Below are positions 40,150 through 53,019 of a DNA stretch of 64,000 bases, in pieces. How positions within the stretch are numbered: position 1 is the first letter of the stretch; each line of letters opens with the position of its first letter. The position numbers were made by a program, and so were the translations under genes. Source of the stretch: Callorhinchus milii (Eukaryota); assembly GCF_018977255.1 (NCBI RefSeq), contig NW_024704742.1:96908001-96972000 (forward strand), in the 5' to 3' direction. A model generated the notes under the pieces. The model made no database searches. It was not told the DNA's origin and was given only the letters and a program-made list of their open reading frames with translations.

Positions 40150-41310
40150 GCAGGTGAGATGGAGCGAGGCAAAGGGATTGTGGGATTGAGTTCTAAATAG
40201 TGGGGACAGAGAGGCTGAAAGCCCGGCCACTGATGGTAGGGCAGATCAGACGGGAAACATGGAGCAGGCCGGAGCTTGCTGAATGGAGGGAATGGACAGG
40301 TTGATAGGGGGTTAACAGGTCAGAGAGGTAGGAGGGGGCAAGGCCGTGGATGGGCTTGAAAGTGAGGACGAGGATTTTGAATTCTATCCTCTGAGGGATG
40401 GGGAGCCAGTGGAGTCGGGCGAAAGTGGGGGTGATGGGGTCACAGAGCCCAGTGCGGGAGAAAACACGAGCTGCAGAATTCTGGATGATCTGCAGCTTGT
40501 GGAGGGAAGAGTTAAGGAGGCCGACAAGGTGAGAGTTTCCGTAGTCAATCCTTGAGATGACGAATGCGGCTATGAGGGTTTCAGCGGCCTGAGGGGTGAG
40601 GCAGTGGCGGAATCGGGCAATGTTGCGGAGGTGGGTGAAGGCAGAGTGGGTCATGGCATGAATATGGGGACGAAAGGACAGTTGAGGGTCGAACAAGATG
40701 CCTAATTGACTGGCTAGAGTGTGCATCCCCGGATGGTGATGCTACCCGTGCCTGAAGTGCGGAGTTGCTGGCGTGAGCCAATCAGGAGAGTCTCGATCTT
40801 GCTGACATTCAGCTGTAGAAAGTTGGCTCTCATCCAGGACTTGATGTCAGACAGACAGTTTGTCAGGACGTCAGTTGTCCTGGAATCGTTGTCCCACCAA
40901 AGGAGAGCATCTGGAGGTTGAAGAGGAGGGGACCGAGGACAGAGCCTTGAGGAACACCACATGAGTCTGTGCGGGGGCTGAAGAGAAACCGTTGGCGGAG
41001 CTAAATTGGAGATGGTGTGAGAGATAAGATCTGAACCATTCTAGGAAAGAACCTTGAAGGTTGGGGTGTGAGGTTGTGGAGGAGGATGGAGTGGTCCAGG
41101 GTATCGAAGGCAGCAGAGAGGAGGCAGAGGGAGCCCTGGTCACAGATGGACAAGATGTCGTTTGTCACCTTGACCAGAGTAGTCACAGCACGGAAACCCA
41201 ATTGGAGGAGCTTGTGAAGGGAGTGGTAGGAGAGGAAGGAGTGAAGCTGGGAAACAACGACTCTTTCAAGGACTTGGAAAGAAAAGGGATGTTGAAGATG
41301 GGTCTGTAGG
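40150..41310 (-). mobile_element. L2 LINE RT fragment
   Basis: QLGFRA...LVKVTNDIL.ICDQG, SAAFDTLDH, WMRANFLQLNVSKIE, LRNIARFRHCL, LHWLPIPQRIEFKIL. Same subfamily as 17930-19120. Confidence 0.93.
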
Positions 41311-41399
41311 TAGAAAGCAGGGATGCGTCCAAGGAAATTAGCCAAAGCATGGGGTGAGGGGGGGCAAAGAATGATAAGTAGTGTATGGAATCAGTAACG

Positions 41400-41780
41400 T
41401 CCTGAACAGTTAGACAGAATTTCAGTTTAATGTGTTATCCATAAAATGACACTCCCAACAATGAGAGCTTCTCTAGGGCTGCACTGGAACATCAGCCTAG
41501 TCTGTGAACTCAAGTCCCAATGTGGGGCTTAAAACAACAACAACTTGTATGTATATAGCGCCCTCCATCCCGGGCGGCGTCTCAGAGCACTTAACAATGG
41601 CGGAGCCCAAGACTGAGCCGGGGGCTGGGGGTAGGTGACCGTAGAACGCGGTTGAAGAGGAAGGTCTTCAGGCACGACCTGAAGATGGGGAAGGAGGCAG
41701 GCGAGGCAAAGGGGTTGAGGGAGGGAGTTCCAAAGTTTAAAACCACAAGCTTCTGACTCAGAAGTGAGAGAAAGAAAAAC
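41400..41780 (-). mobile_element. Deu-SINE 5' half interrupted by an L2 3' fragment (41536-41736)
   Basis: SINE head gtcccaatgtggggc...ccacaagcttctgactcaga is split by a (caa)n-tailed L2 piece flanked by ttaaaac (41529-41535 and 41737-41743). Confidence 0.8.
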
Positions 41781-42678
41781 TGAGGACTTGGAGCGAACTA
41801 GCCACTGGGGGTGGGGATGCTTCCCACCTCAGTTAACTCTGCAAACCAGTACCCAAATGGGTAAGATGGTTGTAGCAGTGAGAAGCTTGCTAGATAATGC
41901 GTGCTACATAGTTTTAAAGGATTGAACTCCAGCACTACCCCAATGTACATTCTTGGGTCCCCAACCCTTAGCACTTGCTAATATGAACCTAGTAATTTCT
42001 AGTTATCTTAGCAGTGTGTCCCTCCAGGGAGATTGTATACTCTATTTCAGACAAAGTCTTCATGCATAATGTGAAACTTTATGTGGTTTGCACACTCTTA
42101 AGCATGGCTATGGGTTTCCACATGTTCAGATATCTGGCTGATCAAAAAAAAACTTCTGGAGCCAGGCACCCCGCTAATGTTGTGGTGACCAGAACTGTTT
42201 GCAGTACTCCAGATGCAGCCTGACCAGAACATGACTTCTTGTGCAATGTTATATCATTTAAAAGCTATTTGTGGGTTTTTGATTAAAGAAACATTGGAGC
42301 TTTTACCATCCAGAAACTTTTCCCCCATTGTTTGTTGGCTTCTTCGAGAGACTTAGTGGTTCGGGTTGATTTCCGTGACAAATGTTGACCATTCTGCAGA
42401 AGCAAAAGCCAAATGGGTTGATGGCCTTTTCTTCTCTGCACTCTTTTGATTCAGTTCACACAGTTTGCAGTATTTGTTTAGTCAGGGTGCTCAGAGCTGG
42501 AGAAAAATCAGCCAAAAATTAGTGGGAGGAGATTGGGTTGTTGACATCATGTGGCGTTGGCCACTCGATATGAGACGTTGGAAGAAGAACCAATCCGATG
42601 AGGGCAAGAACATTTAGAAAGGCTTTGTTTGGTCCGTTCCTTTCCAGAATCAGCCCATGAGACGAAGTGGGAATTGTT

Positions 42679-42691
42679 TGCCCTCTAGTGG
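42679..42691 (-). promoter_or_regulatory. Candidate CTCF binding site
   Basis: tgccctctagtgg; reverse complement CCACTAGAGGGCA fits the CTCF core CCASYAGRKGGCR. Lies in non-repeat sequence with several CpGs. Confidence 0.55.
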
Positions 42692-42714
42692 AACAAAGAT
42701 TAACATTGTAAGTC

Positions 42715-44310
42715 TCAGGAACAATAGAAACACAAATGTTCTACAGAAGGAGGTTATTCAGCTCATTGTGTCTAGGCAAATTTGGTTTTCTAAATTGTCC
42801 CTTTTATTAATCCCGTTTTTCCGCTCTTCCCCCATATTTCTAAATACTTTTACTTTTCAGCCACTTATCCAGTTCCCTTTTAAATGATTCAACCTTCAAT
42901 TCCCTGGCTCCCTTGAAATCCAGGGTTGTTTCCAAAGCCACCTGCTCCCACTGGTACAACAGTCGTCTCTGCTCACTCAAAACACAAACCCGGATGCTCG
43001 AGTGCAGGTGGCAGAAATCCGGCCTCACGATTTATCGCCAGCTGTGGCTCGAGCACCTCCATACCTACAGCCTGTCCCTCTGTGAAAAATTTAAAACATC
43101 CGCTTGGCTGCTTCATCCTCTCCCCCATGTTCCCTTCCACCCCAACCAGACCATCCACATTGCTTTCTCCCTCTGCCACGGCTCATGTCACTACCCCCTC
43201 CTTACAGTCCTTTCCCCCATTTCTCCCTTCTCCTTCTCAACCACAATCACCCGCATGATGTTCACCATCTGCTGCCTTGAACTCCTCCCCCTCCCTACCC
43301 AGCTGCTGGTCACTCAACTCCCCCTCCTCTCCCCCCTGCTGGCCGACACTGTCAACCAGTCTCTCTCGTCAGGCTCTGTTCCACTCCCCCTGGAAACCGC
43401 TGTCATCACACCCGTCCTCAAAAACCCACCCTCGATCCCTCTAATCTCTCTCACTACCGTCCCATCTCCAACCTATCCTTTCTTGCCAAAGTCCTGGAAC
43501 ACATTGTTGCAGGTCAACTTTGGTCACACCTCTCCTCCTTGAGCCCCCACAGTCTGGTTTTTGCCCTGCCCACAGCACAGAGACAGCGCTTGTCTAAGTC
43601 ACAAATGACATTAGGGCTTCCTCTACCTCCTCCCCTTATGGCCACTACCCCACCCCCCAGCTTGGAGTCAGGCTCTGGCACTACCCTTCTTGGAAGGTGC
43701 TATATAAGTGCAAGTTGTTGTTGTTATTCTGTTGACTCAATCACAAAAGGCACTTGCAGCAACAAATTCCACACCCTATCAATCCTCTAAATTAAGAAAT
43801 TCCTTTGAACCCCTTCCTTGATTCATCTGCTAACAATCCTGATACAGTGCCTGCTTGTCAGCTCTCTAAAATAAACATTTCCCCTATTTATCTTATGCCC
43901 CTTCAGAATGTTATGTAATCTGTTTACGTTTAAGTGCTCCGGGATGAAAGGCACTATAGAAATGCAAGTTGTTAAACAACTCTCTCAAATTCCCTTTCAA
44001 TCTCCTCTGTTCTAGTGGAGCTGCAGTTTAGCAGCCTCTCTTCATATGTACATTACCTCATAATGGGTATCGTGCTAGTGAATCTGCACTGCACCTTCTC
44101 CATATCTAACATCCTTCTTGTAATGGGCTGCCTGAAACTAAACACAATATTCCAACTACAGCCTAATCAATCTATATAAATCCAACATAGCTTTGTTTAC
44201 CTGCTATTTCACTTTTAGTGATTTACCCCAGATCTCTCTGGGCTTCCTCTACACTGAGCACTCCAAGCTATAATTCCACAAACCATTCTTCCCCCCATAT
44301 TTACTACTTT
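42715..44310 (-). mobile_element. CR1 LINE 3' portion interrupted by an L2 insertion
   Basis: 3' end ggaggttattcagctcatt (ESFKRELDKWL in ORF 42840-43028-). Resumes after 43725 with aaattccacacc...gaatctgcactgcaccttctcc...aaactaaacacaatattcc. Confidence 0.7.
42900..43725 (+). mobile_element. Internally deleted L2 LINE
   Basis: LECRWQKSGL and VNQSLSSGSVP..LETAVITPVLK; ccgtcccatctccaacct (RPISNL); jumps to the tail gctatataagtgcaag(ttg)n. Confidence 0.88.
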
Positions 44311-44777
44311 ACACAGCAGTAACGGAAAGTGTGTTTTAATTCATGGGAACACAAAAGGCAGGTTAATAAAAAAAATTACTATTCACAAGTTCAATTCATC
44401 TAAAATTCATCTTCAGTGTTGCTAACATTTTCAATTGAGATTAATGGCAAGTAAATCTAGTTCATGTTACCTGGATAACAGAGCTGTACTGACTCTCCCA
44501 AGTTGGACTTTTTTAAATAAATATGCAGGTGATGATAGTATGGCTGTTTGGAACTGTACCATAGAACTATTTTGTTGTATGCGTTTTTATATACTAAATA
44601 CTTGTTTTTTGTCCACAAGCTAAACTCGAGATGGTAAAAGTACATTCTTACAGAACTACAACAACATCCAGTTATATAACTGAAATTACACAGAGTACCA
44701 TCCAAAAGTACTTTACAGAGGTGGTGTTGGACACCGAGCAGAGGGGAGGAGGGAGGTGACTGTTGACATGGTTAAAA

Positions 44778-44862
44778 CCCAACTGACCCAACTGTCTTGC
44801 GCTTTGGGACGTCCTCCTGACGTGAAAGGCGCTCTATAAATGAAATCTTGTTGTTGTTGTTA
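44778..44862 (+). mobile_element. Extremely truncated L2 3' tail insertion
   Basis: gcgctttgggacgtcctcctgacgtgaaaggcgctctataaatg-(ttg)n flanked by ttaaaa (44772-44777 and 44863-44868). Confidence 0.85.
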
Positions 44863-45117
44863 TTAAAAGAGGTCGGGTTTTGGGTGGCTTTGGACGATGG
44901 AAAGGGTGTGAGACAGAAAAAACTTACTGTGCGCCACTCACGTAAGGCACGCAGAAAACAACATCGGTGGCAAGGTCATAACTTGTAAGATGGCCATTTT
45001 AGAGCAGAAACTGGCTGCTGTATGGAATCAGTGCTATAATGAACTGTATTATGACAGGGCTGCACTGTACAAGGGGAACCTCCAGGATATTCATCCATTC
45101 GGTATTTCTTACGTAAA

Positions 45118-46950
45118 AACATAAGAATTGCTAGTTGAAAGATCCATTCAGTTCATCTTCCAGCATCCTGATAGTCACATTCCCATGTCATGTTCCAAAC
45201 TATCTACTGTATAATTCTGATACAGTGTATAGTTTGGAATATACTACATATTTCTTCCTTCAGAGAGTTTTCCACCTCGTTCATCTGTTCTCACCCGCAT
45301 GTATCAACTGGTATTTTGGAAGTCTGTCCCACATATTCACTGCTCTGTGGGGAGTGGGAATACTCTTCCAATCATTGGAACTGCTTGAGGCTTTTAATAT
45401 TAAACCTATGCTCTCTTTTGCTATGTGTGAAATAGCTCAATTCATCTCATGATTTCAAAGACCTGAATCATGCTCCTTTTTTTCTAATGAAAACTAGTTG
45501 AGCTCTGCAAGCCTCTTGCAACATAAAGCATTAAGTACAGAAATCATCCTTTTTGCTCTTACATGAACACTCTCCATTGATTTGTTGTTCTTCTGAATGT
45601 AGGTTGCCCAAAAGTGTACATATTTTCCAAACTGCACACAATATTTCAAATGGGACCTTATGAATCATCTGTTCAAGGTTATACTGATTTCTGTCAACCG
45701 AAATCAAATGCTCTCCAGATGCAACCTTGTATTTGATTAGCTTTGCTGAAAGCTGCTTTATATTAGCTGCAACCTTCAGTGACTGATCAATATTATACTT
45801 AAATCCTGCTTATTCTCCCTCTCTGTTCTGGACACTCCTTCATTTTGCATATTTCTAATATTTCAAGAAGTGCTCTCCTTTTAATAATTTATTAATATAT
45901 TAAAAATCCTTGCATTTAATATGGCATCTTATCACGCTGTCGAAGCATCTTAAAGCGCTTGCTTAACAGGATATACTGTAAAGTGAATTGACTATGGATT
46001 TTGTGGGCAAAATGCAGTGCTAATTTTGCACAGCAATGTCCGACAAACAGTTATTGAGTGAGTGACCAATTTTATTTGGCAGATTTGTTGGCCAGACCAC
46101 CAGAAGACACTCACTTCTCTTTTTGAATAGAATCATGGGATCTTTACTGACGACCTGAACAGACAGACGGGTCCTCAGTTTAGCATCTCATCTGACCTCC
46201 GACATTGCAACACACCCCCAGCGCCACATTGGAGTGTCAGCTTAGGCAATGTGATTCCAGCCCGATGTGGGACTTGAAATCACAACCTCTGACTCCAAGG
46301 CAAGAGTGCTACCACTGAGTGACGCTGACACACAAATAGTGTGAACAGCAAGGAACTCGGAGCAGACCTTGCAGAATTCTACTAGTTATTGTTCCCTCTC
46401 CTTACAAGGTGTTTTCCATTTTCCCATTCCACCTTTGCTCTCTGTTGCTGAGGCAGCTTTTAGTCCAAGTAACTAATTTACCATTAATTCTGAGTTTTAA
46501 CCTTCAAAAGTGTTGCATGTGGAATTTCATCAAATGGCTTCTGCAAATCTGAGTAAATTGTGCTTGCAGAAGAGTACTTAAACACTGATTTAGTTACAGT
46601 ATCAAAAAATTCTATTAAATTCATAAAGTATGACCTTTAGCTTTTAAATCCATGCTGAATATTTATAGTGTCTGAGCTCTTTAGGTGACCATTAATAGCA
46701 ATTCTGTAGAATACTTGCAAGCATTTTCCCTACTATAGATGTCACACAAAGCGGTTTATAATCCTAGGAACCTCTCTCACCTTTTTCAAATAATGGGATT
46801 ACATTGTGTGTTCTCTAGTTATTTCTCAGATACAAAATCATTGGAGCTTTCAATAGTATTAGACAGAGTCTCTTACATCTCCTTGAATATTCTGTATATA
46901 TCACAACTGGTTTGGTTACTTTGTAGATGTTTAACTCCTTGTGGTTTTTT
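45118..46950 (-). mobile_element. Old CR1 LINE fragment (hosts the SINE at 45895-46331)
   Basis: aacataagaa 3' end; reverse complement near 46515-46560 gives a DLQKPFDEIPH-like RT motif. Confidence 0.6.
45895..46331 (-). mobile_element. Full-length Deu-domain SINE
   Basis: tRNA head (gtgtcagcgtcactcagtggtagcactcttgcc...ttcaagtccc), Deu core (gatgagatgctaaactgaggaccc...aaagatcccatg), L2-type tail. Confidence 0.88.
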
Positions 46951-47199
46951 TGTAACACACTACTTCTATCTACTTGTATTAAAGATTCCTGAGCTAAAAT
47001 GATTGAATCGCTCTTCTAGTACGTTTGTGGGTGAAGGCAGTACATTCACAGATTTTATCACTGCAGAGTTAACTGATTTCAATTTGTGCAATACAACTAA
47101 CACCCCTTTCAAATTGCTGCACAGTAAATGCATGTAAATGTCAGTTAGAACAAAGATGCCACTGTGGTTGAATTGCCTGTCAACACCCAGTATCTAGAT

Positions 47200-47400
47200 T
47201 CTCAATAATTTTCCACTTGGTGGGTGAGGTATTTGAGAGTGGACCCCAAGCTGATTTCTCCCCTAACCCTATGGAAGTTGACTTGAATTGTAATACCTTA
47301 ACCACAGATCAGCAGAGATCACCTAAGAATACAGCCTGGATTTGAATCTGTAACTTTTTTGGTCGAGAACAGCAATAGTTACCACTAGACCATCAGGGCT
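47200..47400 (-). mobile_element. Possible ancient tRNA-derived SINE fragment
   Basis: gagatcacctaag...ggatttgaatc...accactagaccatc resembles a reversed B-box/A-box head; gctgattt..cc motif also at ~8860. Confidence 0.35.
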
Positions 47401-47924
47401 ATGTTTTAATCAATGGATGAATATGGGAAGATAGTGATTTAGTTATGTTATCACTGGTGTAATAGGTGTTATTGTTTGCTGTTTAATTGGTCTCTGACAT
47501 GTCCTTGGTTTAATTCCTGGTAATTATTAGCTGCAATTATTTTCTTTGTTTTGATTCAGAAATGTTGCTGGTTTCTGTTTATTCTGTCAAAATGATTGAT
47601 TGTAACTTGCTTTGTAAAACCTTTTGCATTCATTGATCTATTCCCTAAAAGCACAAAAACAAGCCTGCATATTTCAACAATTACGTTCAAAAGGAAAATT
47701 CAATGTTTCTCTTGAATGGATTTAAATGTGCAGAGGGTTTTCCAAGAGCTCTTTCAGAATATGCTCTTATCTTGATTTTAAACTCCAATTGCTCCTTGTG
47801 CCAGCGGAGTATCACATAGATCAGTAGATGGTGGTGTGGAGGGTTTGAAAACTGTATCACAGGCCTTGAATTTGTGAGAGGGAGGAAGAAAAATGTTGTA
47901 TTGTGCTGTTCAGGGAGTTGAGGA

Positions 47925-48335
47925 GATAATAATAATCGTTGCACTTCGCTTTATCCCATTGAAACGTCTCAAAGCACTTCACAGTAATTACTGTAAAGTG
48001 TAATGACTGTATTTGTAGGCGAATGCAGCAGCCAATTTGTGCACGAAATGCCCCACAAACACCCATGAAGCGAATGACCAATTTAAATTGAGCATTGCTG
48101 TACAGGACACTGACATTCACTTTTTGATTAGTGCTATGGGATCTTTAACGTCCACCTAAACAGGCTGACAAGGGCTCAATTTAACATCTCATCTCATGGA
48201 TACACCTTTAACAATGCACTACTTTGCCAACACTGTATGCACTGGAATGTCAGTGCAAACCATGAGCTCAAAGTTCCCGACATAGGACTTGAACCTACAA
48301 CCTTCTGATCAGAATAATAGGAACTGAGCCAGACT
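47925..48335 (-). mobile_element. Deu-domain SINE, near full length
   Basis: tgctatgggatctttaacgtccacct...tttaacatctcat...ggacttgaacctacaaccttctga. Confidence 0.85.
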
Positions 48336-48823
48336 AATGATTTGGGCAATAATTCTGTTTGCATGGCTACAATATAATATAAATGCAGCTGTAATATTTG
48401 AGTTTAGGCTCCACTGCCAAATGGTCCTGTAAAACATTTTGGGTGGTTCAAGAGCTTTCAGTTAACAGTATTTTAATATTAAAGAGCTGATTGCATAACT
48501 AGCTCTTTGATAGCATTATAACACGTAATGCCCAATTACTGAAATCTACATCCAAGTGTTACTGAACCTCAGTAGTTCCCCCAAACTGCCTAAGTCTCAT
48601 GTTTCAAGTGGCACATGGGTTTGCTTTGAAGTTTATTTCATAACTGGATGTCTTTTTTTACCCTTTTCATGCCTATTTGAACTTCAAAATCCATAGGGAA
48701 TATGCAGTACCTCCTTTCACAAGATCATAAGATTGGTCTGGAAAGCCCTACAGCTCATCCGATCTCATCCTTCCAGAACTCCCACCCTACCGTGCCCCTG
48801 TCACTGCAACAAGCTGCTTTTTA

Positions 48824-49125
48824 GTAATAATAATCCTTGCATTTGGTATAGAAGGATATCTCAAAGCGCTTCACAGCATTTACTGTGAAATGGATTGATT
48901 GTATTGTAGGCAAACACTGCAGCATAATTGTGCACAGAATATCCTACAAGCAGCTATGAAAGTAATGACTAATTTTATTTGGGAGATTGTTGGCCACGAC
49001 ACCAGGAGAAACTCCCTTGTCTTTTCGAATAGTGCCGTGGGATCTTTAACGTCCACCGGAACCGTTAGACGGGCCTTCAGTTTAACGTCTCATCCCAAAA
49101 CATCATCTCCGACAATGCGCTTTCA
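48824..49125 (-). mobile_element. Deu-domain SINE, 5'-truncated
   Basis: ggccacgacaccaggagaaactccc...gtgccgtgggatctttaacgtccacc...tttaacgtctcatcc. Confidence 0.85.
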
Positions 49126-49379
49126 ATATTGAAAGAATATTTTGAGGTTTTGTATTGACTGCTATGTGCTTTTCCAGTTCTCTCTTGGCTTCCCTACCCT
49201 TTTATTTAACCTTTTTCTTTACAGTCTTGCATTCAGCACAATGGTAACCCTCTCCTCTAAATCTCCTCTTAAGTACTCTAAATCTTCCTTTTCTTTATCT
49301 CCTTTTTTAATTTTCTGTTGATCCATTTTGGTGCTTGTGTTTATTTTGGTTGCATGCTGATGTGCTGTTTCTCAAGTTA

Positions 49380-49840
49380 AACCGAATGTTATTGAGCTGT
49401 GGTCACTGACCCCATTTGGATCAACTACTTCCACTTCCTAAATAGTGTCTGGGTCACTGACTAGAATTAAGTCAAGAAGGGAATTGCCCCCTGTGGGCTC
49501 ACTGACACACTGAGTAAGGACACAGTCATGCACTGTATAAGCTCCAAATCTTTCGCAATTGGACATTTCCAGTTTTTGTTGGGCTGATTGAATTACCCCA
49601 TCGGTACTATCTTTTTCTCACATACACTCCTAATATTATCGTACTGTGCCAAGTCGTTCTCCCTGCTTTGACCTGGCAGTCTACAGCAAACCCAAATGTT
49701 AGTCTAACCTTTTTCTTGTTGAGCACATCTAACCAGAGGATTTCATACCATGATTCATCCTGCAATGTTGGCCCAACTACCTTAATCTGCCAGGTGTCGC
49801 TTACATACACCTTTCCTGAATAACCTGTATTCTTTTTAGT
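49380..49840 (-). mobile_element. CR1 endonuclease-domain remnant
   Basis: Reverse complement gives E.LWL...VCCRLP (GVCYRPP-like). Heavily degenerate. Confidence 0.45.
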
Positions 49841-50849
49841 TATATTCAGTCTATGTCATTTGTTTCAAGAAAATTAGATAGATTTCTGCTAGAAAAAAAT
49901 ATCTCAGGATGTCAAGCGACTGCCAGGATGGGGGAAGGCGAATTAGATGGACCTTGGTTTTCTTTCTCTTGCAAATTCTTAAGTTCTTATATTCATTTCC
50001 ATCATCCTGGTTTAGTCCATCTTGGTTTTGAGGTACTTAAGCTCTTATAAGCAAGATTCACAACATTGTATTGCAAAGTAATGCATTGCAGATATGGAAT
50101 TTCTCCCCTTCCTGTATCGGACTGTAATATCCCAATCCAGTTACTGGCTTAAATAGATTTTTGCATGCACATGGCATCTGAATGTCCATTATAACCCCAG
50201 CTGGCCAAACAAATAAAAAGACATAGCTTGCTTAATTTTTAAAGCAGTAAGTGATCTTGGAGTTGAAATGGTGTTGATATACCATTGGAGCTTTGCTCTC
50301 CTAATTTGTCATGGTCTCTCAGCCAGTTGAAGTATTGCCCAGCCTTGGGAACACACTCCAGCCTGTGTGTTATCGCTTGTGTGCATGGTGTTTACTAATT
50401 ATGCAACCATGAATCCCACGCTGTAAGATTCTGGTTTCTCTGCCATTAAGCATATTAGCACATTTTGTCAACAATCTGCATAACTGTTTTTTTATCTCCT
50501 CCAGAAAAATATAAACATCTTAGACTTTAAAATGTTTTACAAGAGTATTATTTCAATTTTATGTTATGAAATTTAGTGGGCATTCTTTTCAGCTAGATAT
50601 GTGAACGGTAACCACTATGATTGTAATGCAAATGAAAATGTCTCTTTCTACATTTACTCAAAGCAGATTTTTTTAACGGCTTCTACACTTATCCAACACC
50701 CTCAAACCATGATTTGATAAATAAGTCAATATAAATTTAAAATGGTGCTGTAGTTCAGAGCTGTAATAAACACTTAACATTCAGGTAATTTTGTCTCGTC
50801 TGAGATTATTTGCAAGAATCTTAGAAGTGGAAACCAGTTTAGTGATAGG

Positions 50850-51070
50850 ATCATAGGAACAGGAGTAGGCCATTCAGCTCCTCAAGCCTGTTTCCGACAT
50901 TCTATTGGATCATGGCTGCTCTGTACCTCAACTCCATCTACCCGCCTTTGCTCCATAATGTCTTGATACCCTTACCTAACAAAGATCTATTGACATCAGT
51001 CTTCAAAGAAAATTTGTATTGATCCAGTATCCACAGTTTTTGGGGGAGAAAATTCCTGATTTTCACTACG
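50850..51070 (-). mobile_element. CR1 LINE 3' end
   Basis: cataggaacaggagtaggccattcagctcctcaagcctg...gatcatggctg. Confidence 0.8.
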
Positions 51071-51654
51071 ATAGAAAGAACAGGCTTCGTTTATAATGAG
51101 TGTTCAGTAGTTGTGCAAAGCTGTGATGTTTGTATGGAATTGAGAAGCAGTCTGTCTAAATAGTTAATGAACAAAGATTGTTAAAAATACTTCAGTGGTA
51201 TATTAAATGATTCATCCCAGAAATTCCAGACACAATGGTGCCGAACTTCACCACAGATAACAAATGATTCAGGCCCCATTTTTCCCTTTAGCGGTCAAAA
51301 GCATAAAAGGAATTTAAATGTCAACTTTTTGCGCACAATTTTAACAACCATGGCCAACATCCTCAATTACAATACTTTCCAAACTTGAATGCACCCAGCA
51401 ATCAGTTTCATTGTCCTACAAAATCATGATACTCTTACATTTCAAACTGAAAGCTAAATCTGGAAATTAAATGAATGTACATGTGTTTTTGTTGACAGTT
51501 GAAAAATACTGATTCTGTTCAACTATTTTACTTGCCCTTTTTGGAATATTATGGAAGGGATGCAAACGTCAATAAACATATCAATGAACCTGATTACTTT
51601 GGCTGTCTTTTGCTTGAGCAATGTTAATAATAAATAATTCTTGTATTTAGAGAA

Positions 51655-52205
51655 TATTAATAACAATAATAATCTTTGCATTTGATATACTGCATTATCA
51701 CATGGTTGAGACGTCTCAAAGTGCTTCACATAATAAGTTGTAAAGTGGATTAACTGTGTATTTGAGGGCAATTGCTTGTACACAGCAGTGACCCACAAGC
51801 AGTCATGGAGTGAGTGACCCATTCTTTTGGAGGGATCTATAACATATAACATTAAAATGTATGAAAACACTTTACAGATAACAGCTGTAAAGTGTAGTGA
51901 CTGTGCATCTATAAACAAACATGGCGACAGATTTAAACACTGCAAGGTTACACAAATGGCCATGAAGTACATGTCAAATTTATCTGGCAAATTGTTGACC
52001 AACACCTGGAGAAACTCCTTTCCCTTTTTGAATTGTGTCATTGAATCTTTAATGTCCACCCATACAGACAGACTGGTTTAACACCTCATATGAAGGGTGG
52101 CAATGCTGATAATGCAGTATTTCCCAGGATGGCAGCAAAGTGTCACGTTAAACAGTTAGCTCATGATGCTTGAACGCACAACCTTCTGACCCAGAAGCGA
52201 GAGTG
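51655..52205 (-). mobile_element. Deu-domain SINE with a nested SINE tail
   Basis: Two tail modules (51655-51820, ~51860-51970) followed by the Deu core and head (ttgaacgcacaaccttctgacccagaagcgagagtg). Confidence 0.75.
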
Positions 52206-53019
52206 ATCGGCCTTAGGGCATAATTCTACTGCCCATTCTTCATCCCAAAATATGCTGCCTCACATTTTTCTATATTTGTTAATGAATTTCTTTGAAAAAA
52301 ATGTTCCACGATGTTAACCTGTCAGTGGCAGGCTATAGCCTACTGAACTCTTTGTCACTGTCAACAATGTCTCCTAATTTAGTTTCATAGAAACTACAGT
52401 TTCAGAGAGAGATCACAATCGCTCTCTGACAGAGTGGAACATATTTTCAATCAATGAGATTTTCTTTTAAACCAACCTTCAAAGCTCCCCTCAGGCATCG
52501 AGTTTCTTTTGAAAATGTCCCACCTTGTGCAGAAAACTGCCAAGTGACCTAGTTACACACATTAGAAGTGATTTCATAATTAATTTGCTTTTTTAAAAAA
52601 ACATGATTACCAATGTGATGTTTATTTTATTAGTATCTTTCACAGTAAGCCTACTCTGAATCATTAAATCATGCACTTGTACAAATTCTGAACTTGAGTT
52701 TGAACCTGTCTGAATGACTTATGGTGTCATTGTACTGTTGAGCTACTTTAAATTTAAGCAATTTATGCATACCCAAGGCTTCTAATGCTGTGGAATTCAC
52801 CTATTTCACTATACAGTGGATGTAGTCATTACTCATTACAGAAAAGCTGTGAAATACTTTGAGACATTTTAACCACAAGAAGGCACTATATCAAACGCAA
52901 GGATCATAATCAGTAAACATTCCCACTCATGCACTTGTCATCAAATACTGCCTAATGTCAGTCTGGCCCAGTTGGGTAGCCCTTCTCTTGGTTAGAAAGT
53001 TGTTTTAACCGACTTGACT

